From a virus: a stretch of 64,000 bases of DNA. A program made the position numbers and the translations under genes. Numbering within the stretch: the stretch's first letter is position 1; each line of letters opens with the position of its first letter. Of this stretch, positions 8,030 to 17,285 are shown piece after piece. The stretch is taken from UHGV virus genome UHGV-1363143. One strand, written 5' to 3'. A model generated the notes under the pieces. That model searched no databases. It was not told the origin of the DNA and worked only from the letters and a program-made list of their open reading frames with translations.

Positions 8030-10087
8030 TTATGCAAATTGAGAGAAATCAAATGAAGAGAAATCAGAAGAACTATATTCATCTGAGAATGCTTCATCTA
8101 ATCCATCAAAAGCAATATGATTTATTTCACCTGAACTAAATGCTTCATCTTCGATCTTATGAGAAGTAGTAGCAACATCAGATTGAGCGAATGGATCATC
8201 TGAATTAGTAAATTCTTTATTAGATACTTTTACAGAAGATTTGAATGGATCATTATTTATATCTTCAAATACATCGCATTCAACTCTTGAATGATTAAGT
8301 GCAACTTCTTCTTTAGTTCCAAAGTCAAGTAGTAATCTCATGCTCTTACCATCAATGCTAGTATTTCTGATTTTATTTACAGTTAATCCAGCTATTACTG
8401 ATTCAAAAGTAGAACTATTACATAAGTATTGACATACAGGAATTTCAAACTTAACTGATGGATCGTTTAAGCTTGGGATAGTACAAACTATTGCATTATA
8501 AACATGCTTAGTTTTACCTTCATTATTCTTATAACTGTAGAATGGAACTAATTGAATCTTTTCTGCTTTATCAAATACACCTTGAGTAGTTAGTGTGTTG
8601 AAGCTAGCAGTTCTAACATAGTCCTTAGTAACAGCAAAATGTAATGAATCTATAACAGAAGTTTCATATACACTTATAGCTATTGTCTTTGGTTCAACAG
8701 CTTCTATTCTTGGAATTTCTATTGGCTTAACAACAGAAAGAACATCGTCAACCATTTGTACAGTTAATTCACCAGTGTAGTTTGAATCAACATATACATT
8801 ATCAACTTCTTGAGCATTACCATTAACAAATGTTAACACTTGTCCTTCTTCTAATTCTGCTATATCTCCTAAAACTCTATAACCACATACATTTATTTCT
8901 GCATGTTCTGCTACAATATAAGCAGCAAATAATTCAGGAGCAACAGTTAAGAATAATTGATTAGTTGATTCATCATCAATAACCCATGCTTGTTTTTCTC
9001 TCTTGATGTTAGATATCATGAACATTAATCTACCAGCAACAGCCATATCTAAATCTTTAGTGTAGTATCTAGCTAAGTTGCTTAATTCGTTTATCTTTTC
9101 ATCATACATTGCATTAACTTCATCTATTCTCTTAGAGCAAGCATATGGAGAGATAGCATTAATATTAAGAGCTTTATTAGCTTTATCAATTTCTTCACTC
9201 TTCCAAGCAGTTAATTTGCTATATGGTTTTCTTATAGCTTCGTACATGTCAGCAGCAAATGAATTGAATTCACTTCCCATAGCGAAAGAAGATCTAACTT
9301 TATCGCTAAGCTTTACGTTGTTATAACTGTTCAATACATCATTGCTAACGAATTCAACGAATTGATCTGCAACAGTATCTTGAACAACAGACATTTTATC
9401 TTTGAAAGCAACCTTAACAACTTCATCATTCTTATTTCTAAATTCAACAGCTTCACCAACTGCAGCTTCCTTAGGAGCAACATACTTACTAGTTCTATCA
9501 ATAGAGAAACCTTGGAAGTCTTTGAATGATCTGAAGTTATGATCTAATCCAACAGTAGAGTTAGCCTTCATTATTTCATTATGGAATTTAGCTTCAATTT
9601 CATATAACTTCTTAGCAGCATCAATAGTTAACTCTTGATACATTCTAAATAAGTCATTAATATCAGTAAATATCTTTCTAAGATTCTTAATATCAGTTAA
9701 GTCACAAGATATCATTTCTTGAATGATTACATCTTCTTGCTTAGCAGATACAGTAACATAATCCATGTCAGTATTATCAGCTAATATTTCTTGAACAAAT
9801 AAACCATAGTACTCACCAGCACCAGTATTGAATCCTTGCTTCTTTCCTAATACCTCTTTAAGAGTTCTGAATGCTAATGGTTTAAATTGTTCATCATCTA
9901 ATAACATGATTGCTGAGTAAATATTTGAGCATATAGTTATTTGTCCAACTCCTAAGTTTTCATCTCCTTGAATAGAGTGACCATAATCTTTACCCATTCT
10001 ATTCATGAAGTTCACCTTAGTATTTTCCATTTCAACCTTCTTGTTTAATCCTGCTAATGTATTGTTAAATCCTGTAGTTTTTATCAT
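8030..10087 (-). CDS. large hypothetical protein with acidic/aromatic C-terminal tail
   Basis: 685-aa ORF ending ...FDGLDEAFSDEYSSSDFSSFDFSQFA; no family recognised. Confidence 0.55.
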   Translation of the reverse strand: MIKTTGFNNTLAGLNKKVEMENTKVNFMNRMGKDYGHSIQGDENLGVGQITICSNIYSAIMLLDDEQFKPLAFRTLKEVLGKKQGFNTGAGEYYGLFVQEILADNTDMDYVTVSAKQEDVIIQEMISCDLTDIKNLRKIFTDINDLFRMYQELTIDAAKKLYEIEAKFHNEIMKANSTVGLDHNFRSFKDFQGFSIDRTSKYVAPKEAAVGEAVEFRNKNDEVVKVAFKDKMSVVQDTVADQFVEFVSNDVLNSYNNVKLSDKVRSSFAMGSEFNSFAADMYEAIRKPYSKLTAWKSEEIDKANKALNINAISPYACSKRIDEVNAMYDEKINELSNLARYYTKDLDMAVAGRLMFMISNIKREKQAWVIDDESTNQLFLTVAPELFAAYIVAEHAEINVCGYRVLGDIAELEEGQVLTFVNGNAQEVDNVYVDSNYTGELTVQMVDDVLSVVKPIEIPRIEAVEPKTIAISVYETSVIDSLHFAVTKDYVRTASFNTLTTQGVFDKAEKIQLVPFYSYKNNEGKTKHVYNAIVCTIPSLNDPSVKFEIPVCQYLCNSSTFESVIAGLTVNKIRNTSIDGKSMRLLLDFGTKEEVALNHSRVECDVFEDINNDPFKSSVKVSNKEFTNSDDPFAQSDVATTSHKIEDEAFSSGEINHIAFDGLDEAFSDEYSSSDFSSFDFSQFA

Positions 10088-10164
10088 TTTAATTCACCTT
10101 TCACACTATTCCTTTAGTGTGCCTTTCATATAATTTAATTAATTTATTTATTTTTTTGCATAAA

Positions 10165-10190
10165 AAAAGAACCCAGTAATTACTAGGCTC
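10165..10190 (-). terminator. weak terminator candidate
   Basis: Imperfect hairpin around the palindrome AGTAATTACT followed by T-run on - strand. Confidence 0.3.
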
Positions 10191-10193
10191 TAA

Positions 10194-10655
10194 CTAAACT
10201 TCATAACATTCAATAAAGTTGATACAATCTAAAGCTCTTATTGAATGAAAGCTTATTTGATGTGTAGGATATTTGAATTTCATTAATTCAAAGAACTTTT
10301 GCTTATTCATTTGTCCATGAATATATGCTTCAATATAATCATATATAGTATCATCAGCCATAGGACCGATAACTACATCATATCCATGTGTTCCTCCATT
10401 ACGACAGCTGACTACAAAGTCTAGCCATTCATCAGAATAATCTTCAAATGTTTTTACATTTAAAGTATCAATATTCTTAAGTTCATAAACATTGACTACG
10501 GAAGTATTTAATCTTCCAGCCCATTTTTCTGCTTGTTCTTGTATCTTAGTACAATAGAAGCCCCATGAGAAATCTTTGGTAAATCTATGCTTACGTATCT
10601 CTGGAAATTCTATTTTCATATAACTGCCATGATATATTATCTCAGATTTGTTCAT
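10194..10655 (-). CDS. DUF3990-like protein with H-G-S motif
   Basis: N-terminal IYHGSY ... DFSWGFYCT ... QAEKWA resembles DUF3990 proteins as remembered (not a database result). The HGS motif is reminiscent of H-Y-E ADP-ribosyltransferase folds. Confidence 0.4.
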   Translation of the reverse strand: MNKSEIIYHGSYMKIEFPEIRKHRFTKDFSWGFYCTKIQEQAEKWAGRLNTSVVNVYELKNIDTLNVKTFEDYSDEWLDFVVSCRNGGTHGYDVVIGPMADDTIYDYIEAYIHGQMNKQKFFELMKFKYPTHQISFHSIRALDCINFIECYEV

Positions 10656-10729
10656 ATCTTACCTCCATACATTATCTTTAATTATAACATAGAGTGCATA
10701 GAATTATAAGCTCTATGCACTGTATATAA

Positions 10730-12712
10730 CTAGTTTTGAATAACAACAGCTTTCATTCTAGTTCTTTCTAATAAATCTATAACTTTATTAGTTAACTCAT
10801 CTTTTTGATCTCTAACTGTTTTAGTGTATTCTAAGAATAGAGCACCATCATAGTCGAAATCTAATCCAGCACAAGCGTAAGTGATTACACTCTTAGCAGG
10901 AAGTACAGCAATGAAGCTATCTAATTCAATGTAGAATTTTACTACCTTATCAGCTTCAGCTTGAGAGATAACTCCTTTATTAACATGGAATTGTAATCTC
11001 TTTCTTATAGTCTTGATAGTTACATTCTTAGCAAAGTAGAACTCTCTTAATCCCATTTTAGGATATTTAATCATTACTACTTTAGTAAGTCTTCTATCGT
11101 TAATAACAACTTCTCCAGTATTTAATATATTAGTAAGCTTACCTCCAGTTAATATGAAAGTAGGATCAGATGATAATCTTCTATTATGAGAAGTTATAGC
11201 ACCATTTAATCCACTAATCATATTAGTTACTGAGTTGATTGATTGTCTCCAGCATGAATTATAGAATGGCTTAGATTCTTCAATAAATTTTGGAGCAATA
11301 GCCATAACAAAGTCATTAACATATTTTGAATTTAATGCTTTATCTATTTCTTCTGGAGTCATTAATCTAGATTTCTTATTGACAGTTAAATTAGCTGTCT
11401 TTGTATCAACTGCTAATTTTAAGATATCATATAGTAATTGAGCTCCATTTTCTCCTAACTCATTAGCAGCATACATTACTGTTTCACCAAGTTGAATTGA
11501 AGTTTTACCTTCAGAACACTTAGCAAATGCTAATATTTCAAGAGTAATTTCTCTTTCCATATCATAATCTAATTTGATACAGTTCTTATCAGCAATGTAT
11601 AGAAGATTATTTACATCACCAACATATTCTATCTTTTGACCTCTCTTTTCGGCCATTTCTTTAGTTCCTTCAATAGTTGACATAAATATTTCTTCAGATA
11701 CTACTAGAGCAGATGCCTTAATTGTTCCTGGTCTTAACTGAACCATTATTCCAGTCAATACCTTAGGATCTACTACTAATCCAAATCTAGCTTCAATCAT
11801 TTGTGCAAATACTCTAGCATTTACATACATTTGTCCATCTTGAGTTGGAACATCTTTTAATGATGCTTTTGATTTAGCAACAGTATCTAGAGTAGCTTTA
11901 GCGACTTTAATTCTTTCTTCTGAATGGCTTCTAAGAGCATCCATGAATTCATTTCTAGCTTTGTCATATTCAGCAGTTAAGAAAGTTTCATTTGTGTCAT
12001 TCTCCCATTTGCTGTAGTATCTAACGTATCCAGTTACTCTACCAAAGTTTACTGAACCAGTTAATACGTTACCAACATATCCACCAGCTTTTTGTAAAGC
12101 CATGAATATTGCTTTATCATCATCTAATCCATACTTATTACGTAAGTCAGATAAAGCACCTAATGTTGCATTGTCTAGAACTTCAAATCTTCTATCTTCA
12201 TGAGTTATTTCCATGAATATCATAGTCTTTTGTCTTTTATTTGAAGCAGTCCATGCTAAACCTCTATATATGTGTACTTCTCCTTCAGGAAGTTTATTTG
12301 TAACTTTACCATTTTCAAGATCTGTAAAAGTAAGACCTTCAGAACCTAAATCAGAGAATATTTTAACCCATCCATTAGTAGCATGTACTAGATATACATT
12401 ACTTCTAAAGATATCTTCAGCATTGCGAGCTGATTCATTTGTAACTGCTACAGATAGGAAGTCCCAAGTAAACTTATTTTTAATGTTTATTATTCTGCTT
12501 CCATTTCTAACAGTGATATCTTCAATTACATTATCCTTTACATATATTCTACTAATTGGTGTATTAGTAAGTTCTAGAGCAGTAGCATATCTACCTCTAT
12601 CTAAGTCGATTTCTATTGATGGTATAGTGATTTGTTGTTTCTTCATCATTCCATCCAATAAAGCTCTGAATTGTCCTTTAGTTTTGATTTCTCTTTTAAT
12701 TGTGTTTTTCAT
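10730..12712 (-). CDS. large hypothetical protein
   Basis: 660-aa ORF; C-terminal acidic cluster GLDFDYDGA (possible metal-binding motif); no Walker A. Confidence 0.55.
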   Translation of the reverse strand: MKNTIKREIKTKGQFRALLDGMMKKQQITIPSIEIDLDRGRYATALELTNTPISRIYVKDNVIEDITVRNGSRIINIKNKFTWDFLSVAVTNESARNAEDIFRSNVYLVHATNGWVKIFSDLGSEGLTFTDLENGKVTNKLPEGEVHIYRGLAWTASNKRQKTMIFMEITHEDRRFEVLDNATLGALSDLRNKYGLDDDKAIFMALQKAGGYVGNVLTGSVNFGRVTGYVRYYSKWENDTNETFLTAEYDKARNEFMDALRSHSEERIKVAKATLDTVAKSKASLKDVPTQDGQMYVNARVFAQMIEARFGLVVDPKVLTGIMVQLRPGTIKASALVVSEEIFMSTIEGTKEMAEKRGQKIEYVGDVNNLLYIADKNCIKLDYDMEREITLEILAFAKCSEGKTSIQLGETVMYAANELGENGAQLLYDILKLAVDTKTANLTVNKKSRLMTPEEIDKALNSKYVNDFVMAIAPKFIEESKPFYNSCWRQSINSVTNMISGLNGAITSHNRRLSSDPTFILTGGKLTNILNTGEVVINDRRLTKVVMIKYPKMGLREFYFAKNVTIKTIRKRLQFHVNKGVISQAEADKVVKFYIELDSFIAVLPAKSVITYACAGLDFDYDGALFLEYTKTVRDQKDELTNKVIDLLERTRMKAVVIQN

Positions 12713-12846
12713 GATTTTTCTCTCCTTAGAATATAAATTTTTTAATTGAATTTTTAATTAAATTTTTATATAATGGAGACATAGCGGTTCAAAGCTACAT
12801 CTCCGTGATGTGCAGTTTATACTCATAAACATCATTGGAGTATTAA

Positions 12847-13164
12847 TTAAATAACTTGGATATTTGTAGTGATATATCCAGGTTGTATTACCTTGTTAAT
12901 TGCTTCCTGTGGTGAGGATGCATTAACAGTAGTAACAACAGGGTAGGATTCTTCAATTGGTACTTGAAGTTTCTTGCCCTGTTGTGTTATCCATTTAGCT
13001 CTTGCCTTAAGATAACTTACTTTAAACTTCCTTTCCATTGGTGACATGGATTGAAGTTCTTTAATATCTTCTTCTGCTTCACTTTCTGTATCAGCAGAGC
13101 AGACAAATCTACCACGAGAGTCTAACACCTCGTAATATCTTCCATTGTAATTAATTGAGTACAT
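12847..13164 (-). CDS. hypothetical protein
   Basis: 105-aa ORF. Confidence 0.4.
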   Translation of the reverse strand: MYSINYNGRYYEVLDSRGRFVCSADTESEAEEDIKELQSMSPMERKFKVSYLKARAKWITQQGKKLQVPIEESYPVVTTVNASSPQEAINKVIQPGYITTNIQVI

Positions 13165-13195
13165 AATATCTTTCCTTTCTAATTGTTATTTGTTA

Positions 13196-13226
13196 TAATA
13201 AAAAAGAGATATTTTTAGTATCTCTT
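13196..13226 (-). terminator. rho-independent terminator candidate
   Basis: AAGAGATA / TATCTCTT 8-bp stem followed by T-run on - strand, directly past the stop of the 13233-13523 gene. Confidence 0.5.
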
Positions 13227-13232
13227 AAGTAC

Positions 13233-13523
13233 TTATGCTCTTTTCTTACTGAATAGAGCAGTAGCCTCTTTGAGTTGAGCTCTGAAATAAGCGTCCTCAA
13301 GGAAACTAGGTATAGAACAACTATCAGTGTCTGTGGTAAGAGTTTGGTAGTTGTTCTTTTTATTTGTTACTTTAGAATCACTCCTTTCATTTTGATATAC
13401 CATATTAGGTGTTACTCCTTGCATAAATTCGCAGATCTTTTTAAAATTTTCCATTTTAAAACCTTCTTTCTTTCTTTTGTTTTTCTGTTTCGTCCTAATC
13501 TGCCAAGACTCATCAGGTGGCAT
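13233..13523 (-). CDS. hypothetical basic protein
   Basis: 96-aa ORF. Confidence 0.35.
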   Translation of the reverse strand: MPPDESWQIRTKQKNKRKKEGFKMENFKKICEFMQGVTPNMVYQNERSDSKVTNKKNNYQTLTTDTDSCSIPSFLEDAYFRAQLKEATALFSKKRA

Positions 13524-13541
13524 CTACACCACGACAGAAAT

Positions 13542-13592
13542 AAAAAAAAGAAGCTCATTAATATTGAATTACTCAATACTAACAAGCTTCTG
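13542..13592 (-). terminator. terminator candidate
   Basis: AGAAGCT ... AGCTTCT 7-bp outer stem, inner palindrome ATTGAATTACTCAAT, then T8 run on - strand. Confidence 0.4.
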
Positions 13593-13601
13593 TTATATGT
13601 A

Positions 13602-13787
13602 TTACAATGTATCCTCATAGTTCTCAAGAGGATGTATTTTATCTTTAATTTTACTAGCTATATTAACAAGTATACTTATAGGAAAGGTTACAATCCTTAT
13701 TACCCTATACTTTTTTCTAAACTCATCAACGTCTTTATGTGTACATAAAATATCACTAGAATATTCTTTAGTTCTCTCATCAAACAT
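13602..13787 (-). CDS. small hypothetical protein
   Basis: 61-aa ORF. Confidence 0.3.
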   Translation of the reverse strand: MFDERTKEYSSDILCTHKDVDEFRKKYRVIRIVTFPISILVNIASKIKDKIHPLENYEDTL

Positions 13788-13812
13788 AACAACACCTCCT
13801 AATACAATGATA

Positions 13813-14262
13813 CTATAATTTATAATGTTTTACTATACCATTGTATCTCTTAACAGCTTCCCTCTTGTTAAGATGTAATGTATTAACTACATCAACAAAT
13901 ACTTCAGCTGCTTCATTAGGAGTTATTCCATACTTAGCTATTAAAGCATCACATGCATAGATATCTGCTTCTATTTCAAGACTTATAACACGACCATTTT
14001 TTTCTTCATCAAAATGACCACATTCATAGTGTCCTATTTCATGTAATAGTACAAACATTTTTTGCATACGAGTTAACTTGTTAAACTTAGAGCTTACAAC
14101 AATTATTCTAGTTAGTCCTTTAAGACCAACCTTGTAACCTGTAGCTGCTACCATTCTAAAATTAGGCACAGTGTATATTTCAACACCTCTAAAAATTCCT
14201 TTCTTAGTGTATTCATATTTAGTAGGTATCAAACTACCATCCATTAAATAAACATTCTTCAT
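13813..14262 (-). CDS. ImmA/IrrE-like HExxH zinc metallopeptidase
   Basis: LLHEIGHYECGH motif, about 150 aa as in COG2856-type ImmA proteases; no cognate HTH repressor seen next to it. Confidence 0.6.
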   Translation of the reverse strand: MKNVYLMDGSLIPTKYEYTKKGIFRGVEIYTVPNFRMVAATGYKVGLKGLTRIIVVSSKFNKLTRMQKMFVLLHEIGHYECGHFDEEKNGRVISLEIEADIYACDALIAKYGITPNEAAEVFVDVVNTLHLNKREAVKRYNGIVKHYKL

Positions 14263-14472
14263 AATCTTTTCTCCTCTCTATGATTCCCCTAAGTCAAGAC
14301 ACCTGGGGCTAATATTCCTTCATTTTCATTTATACATATATATCTAGTGCCTCCAGAAATTTTTTAAAATTTTCAATTCCTATATAGGGAATTTCCTTTT
14401 TGTTCCAGCGTGTATAGAAAGAAGTTATTACAGTAATAAAGTCATGAAGCTAACAAAAAAGGAGTGATTTTC
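14263..14472. promoter_or_regulatory. divergent intergenic region between the leftward accessory block and the rightward structural operon
   Basis: 210-nt AT-rich gap between oppositely oriented genes; promoter boxes not confidently identified. Confidence 0.3.
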
Positions 14473-15645
14473 ATGGCTTTAAATAAAAATTTTGTAGATC
14501 CTAGTAAATATGACATCAAGTGTCCTTACGAAATGTCTCCAGAAGGAGTATGTATTCACAATACTTATAATGATGCTCCAGCGAAAAATGAAGTAGCCTA
14601 CATGAAAGGTAATAACAATGAAGTTTCTTTCCACGTAGCAGTAGATGATGTTGAAGCTATTCAAGCTATTCCATTTAATAGAAACGCTTGGGCTGCTGGG
14701 GATGGCGGTAAAGGTAATGGTAACAGAAAGTACATTCACGTAGAAATCTGTTATTCAAAATCTGGTGGTTCAAAATTTATCGAATCAGAAAAGAGAGCTG
14801 CTAAAGAAATTGCTGCTATATTAAAGAGTTATGGTTGGGGTATTGATAGAGTTAAAAAACATCAAGACTTCTCTGGCAAGTATTGCCCACATAGAACTTT
14901 GGATATGGGATATAACAGAATGATTGACATGATTAAAGCAGAGCTTGGCTCAGCTGATCCATCTAATCCTGTTCCACCATCTAATCCTGCTCAACCAACA
15001 GGAACTTACTATAGAGTAGTAGCTGGTTCTTATTCAGTTAGAGAAAATGCCGAAGCATTGGTAGAAAAATTAAAGGCTGAAGGTGTAAATGCATTCTTAT
15101 TACCTGTTGTAGCAAACGATGGTAAAAACTATTTAAGAGTTATTGCTGGTTCTTATAAGGATAGAGCTAATGCAGAAAAACAAATGAAGGAGTTAATAGA
15201 TAAAGGTTATAATGCATTTATAGCTGTATATGATAATGAAGAAAATAGAGTTCCTTCTAATCCACAACCACCAAAGCCTCAACAACCATCAGGAATATTT
15301 GTTAAAAATAATGAATACCATACTTTAATTCTTAAATTACAAAAGGAATTAAATAGACAAGGTTATAGAGACAAAAATGGAAAAAAATTAGTTGAGAATG
15401 GCTATAATGGACCACTTACTGCAAGTGCTGCATCTAAGTGCATAATAACAACAGGCATTAAAGGAAACATTACACAGATTCTACAAGAAATGTTTTATGC
15501 AATAGGATTAGATCCTAAGGGTAGAGACGGACATTGCGGACCTGGTATGACAGAAGCTATTAAGTCATACAATAAGACTTTCTTAGGATTAAATAATGAT
15601 CCATACTTCGGGCCTGGATGTTGGAAAAAAATCTTAGGACAATAA
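14473..15645 (+). CDS. endolysin: N-acetylmuramoyl-L-alanine amidase (amidase_2/PGRP) + SPOR + PG-binding domain
   Basis: Amidase_2 motifs CIHNTYND, SFHVAVDD, NAWAAGD, KKHQDFSGKYCPHR. SPOR-like segment YYRVVAGSYSVRENAEALVEKLKAEG ... LRVIAGSYKDRANAEKQMKELIDKGYNAFIAV. C-terminal PG_binding_1-like LQKELNRQGY ... GYNGPLTASAASK. Start chosen at the ATG 8 nt after GGAG. Confidence 0.85.
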   Translation: MALNKNFVDPSKYDIKCPYEMSPEGVCIHNTYNDAPAKNEVAYMKGNNNEVSFHVAVDDVEAIQAIPFNRNAWAAGDGGKGNGNRKYIHVEICYSKSGGSKFIESEKRAAKEIAAILKSYGWGIDRVKKHQDFSGKYCPHRTLDMGYNRMIDMIKAELGSADPSNPVPPSNPAQPTGTYYRVVAGSYSVRENAEALVEKLKAEGVNAFLLPVVANDGKNYLRVIAGSYKDRANAEKQMKELIDKGYNAFIAVYDNEENRVPSNPQPPKPQQPSGIFVKNNEYHTLILKLQKELNRQGYRDKNGKKLVENGYNGPLTASAASKCIITTGIKGNITQILQEMFYAIGLDPKGRDGHCGPGMTEAIKSYNKTFLGLNNDPYFGPGCWKKILGQ

Positions 15646-15656
15646 TTATTTAAAAG

Positions 15657-15686
15657 CAGACATTGAAACATATGTCTGTTTTTTTC
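15657..15686 (+). terminator. rho-independent terminator
   Basis: CAGACAT ... ATGTCTG stem followed by T7. Confidence 0.6.
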
Positions 15687-15850
15687 GTACTACAAGGGAA
15701 TAAAAATATCGCCGTTGCCTTCGGCAACATATTATTTATACGTAGAGGATAGGAAATTAAATACTTTTTGTTATTACAATCCCACAATACAAGTAATAGA
15801 AAGTAGAAGTCAAATGACTATTTATTATGAAAACAGTGGAGGATTTGTAT

Positions 15851-16204
15851 ATGGCGAAAATAAGTGTTAATGATGAATTCGTTGTTAATGGCGTGCTTAC
15901 TGTTAAAAGGTTTATAACTGATGAGGATGAAATAGTTATAGCGGGTACATTCGCATGTCATTATTATTTTGAAGAAATTACAAAGTTAGAGACTTTTAGA
16001 TACTCTATAACTGGAGTTGAAGTAAAAGAAGAAATATTTGAGGCAGACAACTTTGATATTATCTATAATTTTAATGCAAAAGCCATTGATAATAAACAAG
16101 GATTATCCAATCTTTCTAATGAAGAGATAATAAAGATAGAAGAAGATATCTATGGAAATGACGGATATGTCAAAGGAACAGTACTTGAGAAAGGAGCATT
16201 GTAA
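15851..16204 (+). CDS. hypothetical protein
   Basis: ORF with GGAGG 8 nt upstream of the ATG at 15851. Confidence 0.4.
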   Translation: MAKISVNDEFVVNGVLTVKRFITDEDEIVIAGTFACHYYFEEITKLETFRYSITGVEVKEEIFEADNFDIIYNFNAKAIDNKQGLSNLSNEEIIKIEEDIYGNDGYVKGTVLEKGAL

Positions 16205-16881
16205 TGAGTGATGTATTTGAATCTGATTTACAGCAAGAGCAAAGAGATATAGCTATTGCAAATAGGGAGGCTTTAGAGCAAGGCTTAAGTAATATATGGG
16301 GCCATAGCACTTTAGGTATTGAAGCAAAAAAAGCAGCAATGTCTATGCTTTCAACTAAGAATGGAATGTATGCAAGAATACCATTAGTATGTAAGGCCAA
16401 TGGTTGTCCATATGCTGATAGTTGTATGTTACTTAAATATGGACTTGCACCTATGGGAGAGCCATGCCCTAAAGAGACAGCTGAAATAGAATTAAGATAC
16501 GCTGCATATGATAAAGACTTTGAATTAGATACAGCTAGTTTTACAGATAGAAACTTAATATCTGAATTAATCAATTATGACATTATGCTTGATAGATTAA
16601 GAGCTTTATTAGTTAAAGAAGAAGTTTTAATCGTAGATGTTGTTACAGGAATAACCGAACAAGGAGAAGAGTATACCCATCCTGAAGTTTCTAAAACATG
16701 GGAAGCTTATGAAAGAGTAGAAAAGAAAAGAAATAATATTTATGATTTAATGCTTGCTACTAGAAAATCTCAAAAATCTGACAAGAATCAAGATGGTCCT
16801 AAATCAATTACTGAAGTTGTTTCTGAGATAATGACTAACAATGATTTTGTAATTGATGTTAAACCAGACCATATAGAATAG
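16204..16881 (+). CDS. hypothetical protein
   Basis: 225-aa ORF, start overlaps upstream stop (ATGA). Confidence 0.45.
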   Translation: MSDVFESDLQQEQRDIAIANREALEQGLSNIWGHSTLGIEAKKAAMSMLSTKNGMYARIPLVCKANGCPYADSCMLLKYGLAPMGEPCPKETAEIELRYAAYDKDFELDTASFTDRNLISELINYDIMLDRLRALLVKEEVLIVDVVTGITEQGEEYTHPEVSKTWEAYERVEKKRNNIYDLMLATRKSQKSDKNQDGPKSITEVVSEIMTNNDFVIDVKPDHIE

Positions 16882-16897
16882 AAAGGAGAAGATTGGC

Positions 16898-17272
16898 ATG
16901 GAAGTGAATAAGTTGGCCAAAAAGGTTTTTGATGGAATAAATAGCTTTGCAGACAATGTTCAATGGAATGGCAAATCAATACTAAGAGGCAACGATGCTA
17001 TTAATCCAATTAAGGGAATGGGTAAGTTTGTTTTAGGGGAAACTGACACAGGTATTAGAGGAACATTAAACGCAATGTCTGGTGGAACTGGCTGGAAGAA
17101 AGCCATAAGCGATGCATATCATGTTGGAGAAGGTGAAGCTAGAAAATTAAATTATAAAGCGATTGCAGGAACATATGTAGGTGCATCATTGGCTGGAAGA
17201 GTTGCAACAGGGGGAGGACTCTATAGAGATTCTACAGGTAATGTTAATGCACCAGGAATTCCTTTTATATAG
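16898..17272 (+). CDS. Gly-rich hypothetical protein
   Basis: 124-aa ORF, GG/GxxxG-rich C-terminal half. Confidence 0.45.
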   Translation: MEVNKLAKKVFDGINSFADNVQWNGKSILRGNDAINPIKGMGKFVLGETDTGIRGTLNAMSGGTGWKKAISDAYHVGEGEARKLNYKAIAGTYVGASLAGRVATGGGLYRDSTGNVNAPGIPFI

Positions 17273-17285
17273 GAGCGTGATTTAA

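Noticed and set aside
12213-12749. 178-aa + strand ORF overlapping the 660-aa - strand gene
   Set aside because: Antisense shadow ORF within a long, well-supported - strand CDS; hydrophobic low-complexity translation.
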